Assembly: GCA_963737065.1 (NCBI GenBank)
Contig: CAVTRC010000001.1
Coordinates: forward strand, 2,208,001 to 2,272,000
Direction: 5' to 3'
Origin: Candidatus Eremiobacteria bacterium
GTDB lineage: Bacteria > Vulcanimicrobiota > Vulcanimicrobiia > Vulcanimicrobiales > Vulcanimicrobiaceae
DNA: 64,000 nt
The translations under genes and the position numbers were made by a program. This document shows positions 9,836-19,534 of the stretch, piece after piece. The stretch's first letter is position 1. Every line of letters begins with the position of its first letter. The notes under the pieces were generated by a model that was given only the letters and a program-made list of their open reading frames with translations, made no database searches and was not told the DNA's origin.

Positions 9836-11107
9836 ATGGAAACCCAAACGACGATCGAGCGCGCTTCCGCCGTACTTGCAGGCGGGTGCGACTCGCCGGT
9901 GCGCAGCGGCTGGAGTGTGAGCGCTCCGATGTTCGTGCAAACGCGTGCGCATGGCGCGTACGCGTTCGATGAAGAAGGTCGCCGCTATATCGATTACATT
10001 ATGGCGTACGGGCCGCTGCTCTTCGGGCACACGCATCCGGCGCTGGTAACAAACCTCGACGAGATCGCGCGTGAGGGGTTCGTGTGGGGCACGACGCATC
10101 CGCAAGAAATCAGGCTTGCGGAGCGCATTCGTTCGTATTTGCCCTCGATGGAACGTATGCGGTTCGTCTCAACCGGTACCGAAGCGATCATGAGCGCGAT
10201 CCGCGTTGCGCGCGCGTATACTCGACGGAACGTGATTCTGAAGTTCGCCGGCAATTACCACGGCCACAGCGATTTAGCATTGCTCGGCGCAGGTGCTTCC
10301 GCTCACACGTCCGACGCAAGCGCCGGCGGAATCCCAGCGGGCATAGTGGGCGATGTGCTCGTCGCGCGGTACAACGATCTCGACAGCGTTCACGCGCTGA
10401 TTCGCGGTCGTGAACAGGACATCGCGGCAATCATCGTCGAGCCGATCGTGGGGAACATGGGGTACGTTACGCCGGCTGCGGGTTTTCTCGAAGCGTTGCG
10501 CGAGCGAACGCACCGTCTCGGAGCGCTCTTGATTTTTGACGAAGTGATCACGTGGCTGCGCTTTGGCCTGCGCGGCGCGCAAGGACGCGTCGGCATTACG
10601 CCCGACATGACCACGATCGGAAAGATCATGGGAGGCGGCGCGCCGATTGCCGCATTCGGCGGACGTGAAGACATCATGCGCGTTCTCGCGCCGCAAGGAC
10701 TCACATTCACCGGCGGAACGCACGGCGGAAACCCATTCAGCGTGGCGATGGCGCACCGCGTGATCGATCTGCTCGAACGCCACCCCGAGTACTACGACGA
10801 CATGAATCGGCTCGCGCGACGCCTTGCGGACGGCATCCGTGACATCTTTCGATATCGGGGACTACCATATGCTGTCGTGCAAAGCGAGTCGATCGTCGAC
10901 TTCAAATTCCGCGCAGGCGCGCCGAACCGCAATTACGACGATGCGCTCGCGGCCGACAAAGCGAAGTACGGCGCGTACTACAAAGCGATGCTGGAACGCG
11001 GAATTCTCCTACCGCCGTCGCAGAATGAAGTCATGTTCGTCTCCGTTGCGCACACGCAAGCTGACATCGACGAGACGATTGCAGCGATCGGCGAGTCGAT
11101 CGAATGA
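9836..11107 (+). CDS. hemL: Glutamate-1-semialdehyde 2,1-aminomutase
   Basis: GGCDSPVR, YIDYIMAYGPLLFGH, STGTEA, YHGHSD, EPIVGNMG, FDEVIT, GKIMGGG, PPSQNE. Confidence 0.92.
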   Translation: METQTTIERASAVLAGGCDSPVRSGWSVSAPMFVQTRAHGAYAFDEEGRRYIDYIMAYGPLLFGHTHPALVTNLDEIAREGFVWGTTHPQEIRLAERIRSYLPSMERMRFVSTGTEAIMSAIRVARAYTRRNVILKFAGNYHGHSDLALLGAGASAHTSDASAGGIPAGIVGDVLVARYNDLDSVHALIRGREQDIAAIIVEPIVGNMGYVTPAAGFLEALRERTHRLGALLIFDEVITWLRFGLRGAQGRVGITPDMTTIGKIMGGGAPIAAFGGREDIMRVLAPQGLTFTGGTHGGNPFSVAMAHRVIDLLERHPEYYDDMNRLARRLADGIRDIFRYRGLPYAVVQSESIVDFKFRAGAPNRNYDDALAADKAKYGAYYKAMLERGILLPPSQNEVMFVSVAHTQADIDETIAAIGESIE

Positions 11108-11637
11108 CGGAGATTCCGGTCGTTGAAACCGCGCGACTCCGGCTGCGCGCGCATCGCGCCGACGATTATCCGTCATCCTCCGCGATGTGGGCTGATCCGC
11201 AAGTCACGCGTTTCATCGGCGGCAGGCCGTCGAGCGCGCAGCAAACATGGTCGCGACTCTTGGGCTACGTCGGACATTGGCAATTACAACATTACGGGTA
11301 TTGGGCGATCGAGGAGAAGAGCACCGGCCGATTCATTGGTGATGTCGGATTTTCCGATTTCAAGCGTGACATCATCGAGCCGATGCGAAACGTCCCGGAA
11401 CTGGGGTTCGCTCTCATCTCGACGGTGCACGGCAAAGGTTATGCCACCGAAGCGGTCCGCGCCGCAACGGAATGGGGCGACGGCCATTTACCTTCAAAGC
11501 GCACGGTCTGCTTAGTCGATGAAAAGAATGCGGCATCACTCCACATTGTGCGAAATGCCGGATACCGCGAGTTCGATCGCATAACGTTCAACGACACGCC
11601 GGTCGTCTTACTAGAGCGCGTTACCGGCCGCGATTGA
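11104..11637 (+). CDS. GNAT (RimJ/RimL-type) acetyltransferase
   Basis: ETARLRLR, ELGF, HGKGYATEA, NAAS. Confidence 0.88.
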   Translation: MTEIPVVETARLRLRAHRADDYPSSSAMWADPQVTRFIGGRPSSAQQTWSRLLGYVGHWQLQHYGYWAIEEKSTGRFIGDVGFSDFKRDIIEPMRNVPELGFALISTVHGKGYATEAVRAATEWGDGHLPSKRTVCLVDEKNAASLHIVRNAGYREFDRITFNDTPVVLLERVTGRD

Positions 11638-11666
11638 ACGACGGAATGTGTTCTCACGTCGGCTGC

Positions 11667-11936
11667 TTACGTTCCGAAGCGCTTCTCCGCGCGCGCTTTG
11701 GCTCGCGCCGCGCACTCCGCGCGATCGCGCGGCGCAGCCGTTGTGACGAGCGAATTCATCAAGCGCGTTGCTGCAGCCGTCACCTCATCGACGGCGCGGT
11801 TGAACGCCGCCTCGTTCGCCTGTGACGGGCGCGTGAACCCGGAAAGTTTGCGAACGAATTGGATCGACGCTGCGCGGACTTCGTCTTCGCTGGCGGCAGG
11901 CTCGAAGTTGTAGAGCGTGCGAATGTTGCGGCACAT
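11667..11936 (-). CDS. DUF2277 family protein
   Basis: MCRNIRTLYNFEPAASEDEVRAASIQFVRKLSG...PSQANEAAF signature. Confidence 0.88.
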   Translation of the reverse strand: MCRNIRTLYNFEPAASEDEVRAASIQFVRKLSGFTRPSQANEAAFNRAVDEVTAAATRLMNSLVTTAAPRDRAECAARAKARAEKRFGT

Positions 11937-13104
11937 GATAACGAAACTCCCATTCGATGAAGCCATCGATCTCGGCCGGCTGCGAAAGCGAACGAGTGAA
12001 AAGTGGCGGCATTATCCCGACGACGTCCTGCCGGTCTTTGTCGCCGAGACCGATTTTCCGCTTGCCGACCCGATCGCGGAGCGGCTGCGCGCGGCAATTG
12101 ATAACGGCGACCTCGGCTATGCGGTTCCGCTCGGGTTGGGTGAAGCGTACGCATCGTTCGCGCGAGAACGGTACGCGATGGAGGTCGACCCGAGCGATGT
12201 CCAAGCAGTTCCGGAAGTGATGGTCGGCGTCGCAGAGATTCTGCGCGCAATGACGGCAGCAGGCGGATACGGTCACGCGGTCATCATTAACTCGCCGGTC
12301 TATCCGCCGTTCTTCTCGACGATAGAAGAAGTCGGATGGACGATCGCCGATGCGCCGCTTCGTCGCGACGGCGACCGCTTCACGCTCGACTTCGATGCGG
12401 TTGAAACGCGGATGCAAGGTGGTGCGCGCGTCATGCTGTTGTGCAGCCCGCACAATCCGGTCGGGCGGGTCTATACGAGAGATGAGTTGACGTCGCTCGC
12501 GTCGCTCGCACAACGGTACGGCGCGATCGTACTCAGCGACGAGATTCACGCACCGCTCGTCTTACCCGGCGCGCAGTTCACGCCGTTTGCCGCGATTGCG
12601 AATGAATACGGTGTAACGTGCATCACGTTGACGTCAGCATCAAAAGGTTGGAACACGGCCGGCCTGAAATGCGCGATCGCCGTTGCGTCGGACGATTCGT
12701 CGCGTGAAATCATGCAACGCCTGCCGGCGGTCATGGCTGAACGAAGCGGTCATCTAGGGATCCACGCAACGATCGCCGCGTTCACCGAAGCAACTGCCTA
12801 CCTCGACGCCGTCGTCGCACATCTCAACGGCGTGCGCGCACAACTGCGCGGTATCTTCGACCAGCATGGACTTCACGACATCCGTTTCACACCACCCGAA
12901 GGCGGCTACCTTGCCTGGCTCGATTGCAGCGCACTCGGCGTCGACGATCCCGCCGCAACATTTTTCAAACGCGGCAAGGTCGCGCTCTACCCGGGCTCAG
13001 CGTTCAGCCAATCGTACACGCAATGGGCGCGTTTCAACTTTGCCACATCAATCGCAGTCGTAGAAGAAGCGGCAAAGAGGATGGCCAGAGCCCTGTCATC
13101 CTGA
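11935..13104 (+). CDS. MalY/PatB-family PLP enzyme (cystathionine beta-lyase-like)
   Basis: SEKW..YPDDVLPVFVAETDF, CSPHNPVG, SDEIH, SASKGWNTAGLK, GYLAWLD. Confidence 0.9.
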   Translation: MITKLPFDEAIDLGRLRKRTSEKWRHYPDDVLPVFVAETDFPLADPIAERLRAAIDNGDLGYAVPLGLGEAYASFARERYAMEVDPSDVQAVPEVMVGVAEILRAMTAAGGYGHAVIINSPVYPPFFSTIEEVGWTIADAPLRRDGDRFTLDFDAVETRMQGGARVMLLCSPHNPVGRVYTRDELTSLASLAQRYGAIVLSDEIHAPLVLPGAQFTPFAAIANEYGVTCITLTSASKGWNTAGLKCAIAVASDDSSREIMQRLPAVMAERSGHLGIHATIAAFTEATAYLDAVVAHLNGVRAQLRGIFDQHGLHDIRFTPPEGGYLAWLDCSALGVDDPAATFFKRGKVALYPGSAFSQSYTQWARFNFATSIAVVEEAAKRMARALSS

Positions 13105-13376
13105 GCTTGTCGAAGGACCTCGCTCGCAAATCCATCGCGTTGCGCAACCGAGCACGAGTCTAGAGCCCTGTCATCCTGAGCTTGTCGAAGGACCTCGCTC
13201 GCAAGTCCATCGCGTTGCGCAACGGGCACGTGTCCAGAGCCCTGTCATCCTGAGCTTGTCGAAGGACCTCGCTCGCGAGCCATCGCGTCGCGCAACCGAG
13301 CACGAGTCTAGAGCCCTGTCATCCTGAGCTTGTCGAAGGACCTCGCTCGCAAGCCATCGCGTCGCGATCGCGCAAC
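13087..13376. repeat. Tandem array of four 74-75 bp REP-like units
   Basis: Units start at 13087, 13162, 13236, 13310; each begins AGAGCCCTGTCATCCTGAGCTTGTCGAAGGACCTCGCTCGC followed by a near-identical tail. Confidence 0.95.
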
Positions 13377-13397
13377 ACGGGTTCGGGGACTCGCACC

Positions 13398-13832
13398 TCA
13401 TTGCGTAGTTCGATGCGTCTCAACCTTCTGAGGTTTTTCGCCGCACTTTTCACACGCGATTGCAACGCTGACATTGCCGCCGCATCCCTCGTGGCGAACA
13501 TCGCTCAGATCCGCGCCTTTTGTCCACCGCCGCCCCCAAGCACGTAGCGCCAGAACGACCGGCGCCAGTTCCTCGCCTTTTTCGGTGAGGATGTATTCGT
13601 AACGATCCGGTGAGGTCTGATAGCGGACGCGTTTGAGAACACGCGCTTGCGCGAGCGTTTTTAGGCGTGCCGAAAGAATGTTGTCGGAAATTCCCGATCG
13701 TTTGAAATCATCGAACCGCCGTGCGCCTAAGAGCGCATCGCGAATAATCACCAACGACCACCATTCCCCGACAATTTCGAGCGTGCGGGCGATCGGACAC
13801 GGCAAGGCAGCCGCCAGACTCGCATGGCGCAT
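13398..13832 (-). CDS. HxlR-family winged-helix transcriptional regulator
   Basis: CPIARTLEIVGEWWSLVIIRD, RFDDF, LSARLK, RYEYILTEKG. Confidence 0.92.
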   Translation of the reverse strand: MRHASLAAALPCPIARTLEIVGEWWSLVIIRDALLGARRFDDFKRSGISDNILSARLKTLAQARVLKRVRYQTSPDRYEYILTEKGEELAPVVLALRAWGRRWTKGADLSDVRHEGCGGNVSVAIACEKCGEKPQKVETHRTTQ

Positions 13833-13847
13833 AATCTTATGCTAGTC

Positions 13848-13897
13848 ACTTGCATGATAAAAGTCAATGGAGTTATACTGACTTGCATGATGCAAGT
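13848..13897. promoter_or_regulatory. Two tandem palindromic operators in divergent HxlR intergenic region
   Basis: Perfect palindrome ACTTGCAT-G-ATGCAAGT at 13881-13897; imperfect copy ACTTGCATGATAAAAGT at 13848-13864; TATACT lies between them. Confidence 0.7.
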
Positions 13898-13912
13898 AAC
13901 AGGAGGTCGATA

Positions 13913-14632
13913 ATGCTTCAGGTTTTGGGAATCGTTTTAATCATTGCAACGACAGGCGCAATGATTGTCACGATAGTGACCGCGCTCTTCGAGCGCCGAG
14001 GTGCGCAGATTACGGCAGCTGCCTTTGCCGCCGGCTGGATTGGTTTTTTGACAGCGATGGTCGCATCGGGCGCGCTGAAATACACGATGACGCTACCCGC
14101 CCTGTTTGCCGTACCGTTCGTGATCGCGGCAATTAGTATCGCAGCGTCGCCGGCGGCACGCGAGCGGCTGCGTAATATTCCGCGCCGCCTCATCCTGGCG
14201 ATGAACATCTTCCGCGTGAGCGAATTCTTATTTGTCGCACTCGCGTTTGCGGGAGCGCTTGCCGGTCCGTTCCCCTACTCGGCCGGCATTGGCGACGTCG
14301 TTGTCGGCCTTCTTGCAATACCCCTAACGCTCGGCGAACCGCGGCTCGCACGGAGCGATCTGCGGCTCGGACTCTGGAATGCGCTCGGTCTGCTGGATCT
14401 GCTCTCGGCGGTCGCACTCGGCGTGACGTCCATCAATCACTCACCGCTGCAGCTCATTCACGCCGGCGCAGGCGCCGACCAGATCATGCAGTTGCCGTGG
14501 GCCTTGATTCCACTGTTCCTCGTGCCGTGCTACGTCATCGGTCACGTCATCGTGTTCGTGCAAATGCGGCCGACGGTACAAATATCTTTGATGCCGCGTG
14601 TCGAGAATCGCGGTGCTGGTTCGACGTCATGA
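13913..14632 (+). CDS. Multi-pass membrane protein
   Basis: AGGAGG RBS; about 6 hydrophobic segments; GIGD, WNALGLLDL, PWALIPLFLVP..H motifs. Confidence 0.8.
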   Translation: MLQVLGIVLIIATTGAMIVTIVTALFERRGAQITAAAFAAGWIGFLTAMVASGALKYTMTLPALFAVPFVIAAISIAASPAARERLRNIPRRLILAMNIFRVSEFLFVALAFAGALAGPFPYSAGIGDVVVGLLAIPLTLGEPRLARSDLRLGLWNALGLLDLLSAVALGVTSINHSPLQLIHAGAGADQIMQLPWALIPLFLVPCYVIGHVIVFVQMRPTVQISLMPRVENRGAGSTS

Positions 14633-14675
14633 GTGAAGGGCCGATCGGGGCCCGCGCTCGTAGGAGACACGCACC

Positions 14676-15089
14676 ATGTCCGTCGTTTCGCTGATCGCCC
14701 GTATCCTGCTTGGACTGATGTTCACGCTGGCCGGCATCTCGCCCCTATTTCTCGGCACGCCGCCGCCGATGCCCGGCCTTGCGGGCGTGGTCAACTCGGC
14801 GTTCTGGCAGAGCCACTGGATCTATGCGATCTCGCTCGCGCAACTCGTCGCCGGCGTGCTGCTGCTGACAAACCGCTACGTTACCGTTGCGCTCGTGATT
14901 CTCGGCGGATTTCTCTACAATAGCCTCGCTTTTCACGCTTTGGTCATGCCCGCGACGCTGCCGGTACCGCTCGTCGTCGTGGCATTGTGGGTTCTCGCCT
15001 CGCTACCATACCGCGCGCATTTCGCGACGCTCTTCACGGCGGCGAGCGCCGGAAGCACCGTAAGAGGGGAAACCTTCGCGCAACCATAA
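14676..15089 (+). CDS. DoxX-like membrane protein
   Basis: ARILLGLMF..AG, QLVAGVLLLTNRYV, N.LAFH; AGGAG RBS. Confidence 0.75.
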   Translation: MSVVSLIARILLGLMFTLAGISPLFLGTPPPMPGLAGVVNSAFWQSHWIYAISLAQLVAGVLLLTNRYVTVALVILGGFLYNSLAFHALVMPATLPVPLVVVALWVLASLPYRAHFATLFTAASAGSTVRGETFAQP

Positions 15090-15146
15090 GCCTTTTTTGC
15101 GGTGTACCAGCACATACAGGTACGCTGCACGGAGGCGGAGGTGCAA

Positions 15147-16517
15147 GTGGAAGCCATCTCCAGGCCGGTGGGCCAGGCCTCGGCGGGTGAAGGCCTCGTG
15201 TCCACCTGGCGCCGGACCCGCCGCTTAGATCGAACGGTGGTCCGCTATGGACTGATCCTCGTGGCCGTGCTGGCGATCATCATCGGAAGCTTCGCTACGT
15301 CGAACGTGCTCGACGGAAAGTCGCGGCAGCTCGATGACGTGCGTCTCGACGCGCGCCTCGCGCTCCAGCTTTTCGACGATGAAGTGGCCGCCGTTCGCGG
15401 CTTCGACGACACCAGACAGGCACTGTTCCTCGTGCCGTACAACGGCGCGCGAGGCCGGTTGCAGAGCTTGTTGCTTTCGCTCACGAGCAGAACGGCTGAC
15501 GATCCCGTTGCCGCAAGCGCGATCGCCGATTTCGCCCTCTTACACGACGCGTGGTTGAGCGCCGTCGCTCATCCGGTTATCGCGGATCCGCGCGATCCGA
15601 AGAATGCGATCCGCGAACACGCGGGCGAAAAATTGATCGACGCGGCACGTTCCGATATTGCGCGCGTCGAAGACCGGTACGCGCAGCGCTACGACGAGAT
15701 CATGGCGCGCAAGTACGAACTGCGATGGTTTACGCTGGGCGTTATTCTTCTTTCGATCCTCGCGATTGCCGCAACCGGTTACCTGACCGAGCGCCAAAGC
15801 GTCGCGCGTGAGGAAGCGATGCTCCGTACGATCATCGACGAACGCGACGCGGAAGCACGCCGCAGCGAATGGCGGACGAAAATCATCGCGATGCTCGCCC
15901 ACGATTTCCGTTCGTCGCTCAGCGTCATACGCGCGTACTCGGAGATGCTGCAAACGATGCCCGAACGGCGCGAAGATACGCAGACATACGACGTCATGGC
16001 AAAAACCGTCGAAGATTTGACCGCGATGACGGAGGAAGCATTAGTCATGGCGCGCTTGAGCAACAACGCGATTTCGGTCCAGCTTCACCCGCAGCCGATC
16101 GCCGACATCGTCGCTGAAGCAGCGGAACGTCACCGTGCGGAACGTCAGATCCGCATTTCGTCCTCCGATGCGATGGTGATCGGCGATCGTCCGTATCTGG
16201 TGCGCGTCTTTGATAATCTCATCAGCAACTCCGTGAAATATTCACCGCCCGCAACGTCGATCGATGTAACGATTTCGCGAAACGGCGGCAGCCATGTCGA
16301 AGTTGCCGTGAGCGATCGCGGACGTGGAATTGATCCCGCCGACCTGCCGCATGTCTTCGACGAATTCTGGCGCGCGCAGAGTACGAGCGAACGCGGCGGC
16401 AGCGGCATCGGGCTCTTCATCGTGAAGAAGATCTTGGAGGCTCACGGAGCGCATGCCACGATTGAAAGCACGCCCGGAGCCGGAACGACGGTTCGCGTGA
16501 AGCTGGCAGCCGCCTGA
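15147..16517 (+). CDS. Membrane sensor histidine kinase (CHASE3-like sensor); start uncertain
   Basis: Two TM segments, AHDFRSSL H-box, NLISNSVKYS N-box, DRGRG, GSGIGL; no cognate response regulator in window. Confidence 0.88.
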   Translation: MEAISRPVGQASAGEGLVSTWRRTRRLDRTVVRYGLILVAVLAIIIGSFATSNVLDGKSRQLDDVRLDARLALQLFDDEVAAVRGFDDTRQALFLVPYNGARGRLQSLLLSLTSRTADDPVAASAIADFALLHDAWLSAVAHPVIADPRDPKNAIREHAGEKLIDAARSDIARVEDRYAQRYDEIMARKYELRWFTLGVILLSILAIAATGYLTERQSVAREEAMLRTIIDERDAEARRSEWRTKIIAMLAHDFRSSLSVIRAYSEMLQTMPERREDTQTYDVMAKTVEDLTAMTEEALVMARLSNNAISVQLHPQPIADIVAEAAERHRAERQIRISSSDAMVIGDRPYLVRVFDNLISNSVKYSPPATSIDVTISRNGGSHVEVAVSDRGRGIDPADLPHVFDEFWRAQSTSERGGSGIGLFIVKKILEAHGAHATIESTPGAGTTVRVKLAAA

Positions 16518-16524
16518 CAAACGT

Positions 16525-16971
16525 CTAACTCGAGGCTTTCATTTCCGCGATCTGATCGCCGAGTTCTTCGATCTCGTCCTTTCCGAGCAGCTTCTGCGCT
16601 TGCGGAAACAGCGAGCGCTCTTCCTCCTTGACGTGATGCTTCACGAGCTCTTCGAGCACTTGCAGCTTCGCTTTATACGTTTCGTCTTTCGCGTCGGTAT
16701 CGCGAAGCTTCGCGATCATTTCCTTGACGTTATCGTGCTCTTCGTATGCTTCGAGTACTTCTTCGCGCGCTTCTTTATCGCGGCGTGACGCGCGTTTGAC
16801 GCCAGGATAGAAGATTTGTTCTTCGACGGAAGCGTGCAGCTCGAGCGCCGCGGCGATGCGGTCGAACAGTTTGCGGCGGGACGCGCTTGCCCCATCGCCC
16901 AGTTCGTCCACTTCTTTAAAGAGCGCCTCAACTTCGCGGTGGTCTTTTTTCAGCAGTTTGATTGCATCCAT
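16525..16971 (-). CDS. Hemerythrin-domain protein
   Basis: DAIKLLKKDH, HASVEEQIFYP, EEH, HHVKEEE. Confidence 0.9.
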   Translation of the reverse strand: MDAIKLLKKDHREVEALFKEVDELGDGASASRRKLFDRIAAALELHASVEEQIFYPGVKRASRRDKEAREEVLEAYEEHDNVKEMIAKLRDTDAKDETYKAKLQVLEELVKHHVKEEERSLFPQAQKLLGKDEIEELGDQIAEMKASS

Positions 16972-17100
16972 GGCCCGCTTCTTACCCAGGCAGGCAACGG
17001 ATTACGCGATACGCCGGATCGCGCCGCCATCGCGCCGGTATGCCGTAATCGCGCGTTCGCGTTTATTGCGATTCACGAGCGGCGCTCGTCGACGATCGCG

Positions 17101-18447
17101 TTATTCCCGAATCGGCGTCGGGTAGCTTACGACGCTCTGATGTCCGTGCGCATCGATTGCGCGAACGCCGAGAATATAATCATCTTTGCTGACCGGCACG
17201 GTCGCTTGCGTCACGTTGCCGACGTTTTTACCGTATTGCCATTGCGCCGAATCGGTCGGGCGCCAGACGATTTCGTACGACGCGGCGCCTGCCGATGGTT
17301 GCCAGCGCAGCGTCGAATCGTAGCCGAGCTTGTGCATGACCATCTCGGCTTTTGCGGGCGGCAGCGGCGCCGACGCAAGGGACGCGAGGACGGCAATATT
17401 GGCCTGTGTTGCTCGTTTCAAATACTCCCAATCCATGAATTGCGGAAGGTCGCCGTACTGCACGCCGTTTTCCATGCGCACGTTTTGATGCTGGTGCGTG
17501 AAATTCTCGTTCGACTCGACGAAGCGGATCGCGGGATAGCCGTCGTTGAGAAACGATTCCTGGTCCCCGCCGCGTAAGAAGCGATCCGCACGCCAGATCT
17601 CGCGCGCGGAAAAGTCTTGCACGTATTGTGGAACGACCTCGCCCGCATAGCGCGCCAGCTCGCGCGACGGCGAATCGTTTTCCGATCCGACCAAATTGAC
17701 ACGTTCGAGCGCTGCGCCCGCGGGCAGCGCTTGGCTGAAGACGCGGATGACATCCGGTTCGTGGGTTCCGCTTCCTCCGGTGCTGTTGCCGACGATGTCG
17801 TTGTTCAAATCTGCGGCAACTGCCGTACCGGCGTGCTTCAACTCGTCGGCGTAATGCTGCGACCCCCATAGTCCCAGCTCCTCACCATCGAATACCGCAA
17901 ACACGATCGTGCCGCGAAACCGATGCGGCGCCACGACGCGTGCCGCTTCTAATACGGCGGAAGTTCCGGAGCCGTTGTCATCGGCACCCGGCGCGACGCG
18001 CGTTCCGTTCGTGCAGTCGCCGTTGCAGTCATCGTAGTGGCTAGACATGATGTAGAGCGGCCCCGGTTCCTCACCGCGTAACGTCGCGACAATGCTCGAT
18101 TCGGTCACCGCACGCGGCGTTTTCGGCGTCTTCGGCTGAAGGTACGTATCGAGCGTCACCGTCATCCGTCCCCCGCTCGTCGTCGCGATGTTTTCGAATT
18201 GCGAACGAATCCAATCGCGTGCCGCGAACACGCCGCGAGTCGCGGTCGATGTCGTTTCCGAGAAGTCATTGCGAGTAAAGAAGTTTACGAGCTTCGTATC
18301 GTCGTCGCGCAGACGATCTGCGCTAACGGCGTTCACGAGCGTAACGATCTGCGGATCGACCGGTGGTGGGGTTAGCGTTGCTTGGGGAGCGGCGGCCAGC
18401 AGCGGCACACAAAGAACGGCGGCAAAAAACGCGGCGCATGATTTCAT
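17101..18447 (-). CDS. Secreted M28 peptidase with C-terminal FN3-like domain
   Basis: Signal peptide; SSHYD, PGADDNGSG, GEELGLWGS, NNDIVG, GGDQ. Confidence 0.9.
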   Translation of the reverse strand: MKSCAAFFAAVLCVPLLAAAPQATLTPPPVDPQIVTLVNAVSADRLRDDDTKLVNFFTRNDFSETTSTATRGVFAARDWIRSQFENIATTSGGRMTVTLDTYLQPKTPKTPRAVTESSIVATLRGEEPGPLYIMSSHYDDCNGDCTNGTRVAPGADDNGSGTSAVLEAARVVAPHRFRGTIVFAVFDGEELGLWGSQHYADELKHAGTAVAADLNNDIVGNSTGGSGTHEPDVIRVFSQALPAGAALERVNLVGSENDSPSRELARYAGEVVPQYVQDFSAREIWRADRFLRGGDQESFLNDGYPAIRFVESNENFTHQHQNVRMENGVQYGDLPQFMDWEYLKRATQANIAVLASLASAPLPPAKAEMVMHKLGYDSTLRWQPSAGAASYEIVWRPTDSAQWQYGKNVGNVTQATVPVSKDDYILGVRAIDAHGHQSVVSYPTPIRE

Positions 18448-18460
18448 GCGGCGGAGTATT

Positions 18461-18931
18461 TTACGAAACGCTCGTGCGTCCCGTGTTTTCGTACGCCCGC
18501 CTCCAGCGTCCCATCGTGATGGCGGTTCCCACGCCGGGCGCGCTCTTCACGTTCATGAAGTCGGTGCAGCGCTGCATGATCGGAATGCCGCGTCCGCGCT
18601 CGACGAGCGCTTCGGGTAACGCCACCGGCTCGTACGCGTTCACGGCGAGACCTTGACCGTAGTCAACGACGGTTGCGACGATTCGGTCGCTTTCGATTTC
18701 CGCGAAGACTTCGATGTCGCGTCCGCTCGCCGAATGTTCGATCGCGTTCGCGAGCGCCTCGCCGACCGCAAAGAGCAACGATTCAACGTCGCCGTCGCCA
18801 ACGTGGTTCAGGCGGCCGAAGCCGATAAGCGCATCGCGAACCGTCCGCGCGAACGCGGGATCCGGAGGGATGCTTAAATGGAGGGTCCGTTTTACGTGGC
18901 CGTCCTCGCGGCCGAAAAGCTGAGTCGCCAT
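18461..18931 (-). CDS. Anti-sigma-factor-like ATP-binding protein (RsbW/HATPase_c_2)
   Basis: AVGEALANAIEH, DYGQG, ERGRGIPIM, GTAITM. Confidence 0.82.
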   Translation of the reverse strand: MATQLFGREDGHVKRTLHLSIPPDPAFARTVRDALIGFGRLNHVGDGDVESLLFAVGEALANAIEHSASGRDIEVFAEIESDRIVATVVDYGQGLAVNAYEPVALPEALVERGRGIPIMQRCTDFMNVKSAPGVGTAITMGRWRRAYENTGRTSVS

Positions 18932-19038
18932 GGCACCACGTCGATTGTAGCCACCGTTTGTTTTAATTAAACTCCGGGCCGCGAGCGGGCCCCTTGCTTC
19001 GGGGAGGCAAAGCGGCGGGCGCGTACAAAACGGCGGCC

Positions 19039-19527
19039 ATGGCACGCACAGCACCAAAGGCCGATGAGCTGGACGAGTATACGGAGCGCGCGCGAACGTC
19101 GCAGGCACGCATCGCCACCAGCAAAGGCGACATGGCCTTCACGTTTTTCCCGGACGATGCGCCGATGCATTGCGCCGCATTCATCAAGCTCGCCGAAGAG
19201 GGCTTCTACAACGGCCTGACGTTCCACCGCGTCGAGCCCGGGTTCGTCATTCAAGGCGGCGATCCCGAGGGCACCGGAACGGGCGGGCCGGGCTATCGGT
19301 TGAGAGCCGAGTTCAACGAGAAACCTCACGTCCGCGGTGCCGTCGCCATGGCGCGCTCATCGGATCCGGACTCCGCCGGCTCGCAATTTTACATCTGCTT
19401 GGACGACGCACGCTTCTTAGACAGGCAATACACCGTGTTCGGCCAACTCGCCGACGGCTACGAAACGCTCGACGCAATCCGCCGCGGCGATAAAATGACG
19501 ACCGTTACAATCGAATCGAAAGCGTGA
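19039..19527 (+). CDS. Cyclophilin-type peptidyl-prolyl isomerase
   Basis: GFYNGLTFHRVEPGFVIQGGDP, AMARSSDPDSAGSQFYI, LDRQYTVFG. Confidence 0.95.
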   Translation: MARTAPKADELDEYTERARTSQARIATSKGDMAFTFFPDDAPMHCAAFIKLAEEGFYNGLTFHRVEPGFVIQGGDPEGTGTGGPGYRLRAEFNEKPHVRGAVAMARSSDPDSAGSQFYICLDDARFLDRQYTVFGQLADGYETLDAIRRGDKMTTVTIESKA

Positions 19528-19534
19528 CACCGCG

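Noticed and set aside
13087..13376. CRISPR array (41-bp constant part plus ~33-bp intervening part)
   Set aside because: The intervening segments are near-identical to each other rather than unique spacers, the core also occurs as dispersed single copies, and there are no cas genes in the window
16980..17000. SigB/SigF-type promoter (GGGTAA) before the hemerythrin gene, also before the M48 gene
   Set aside because: No matching GTTT -35 at the expected spacing
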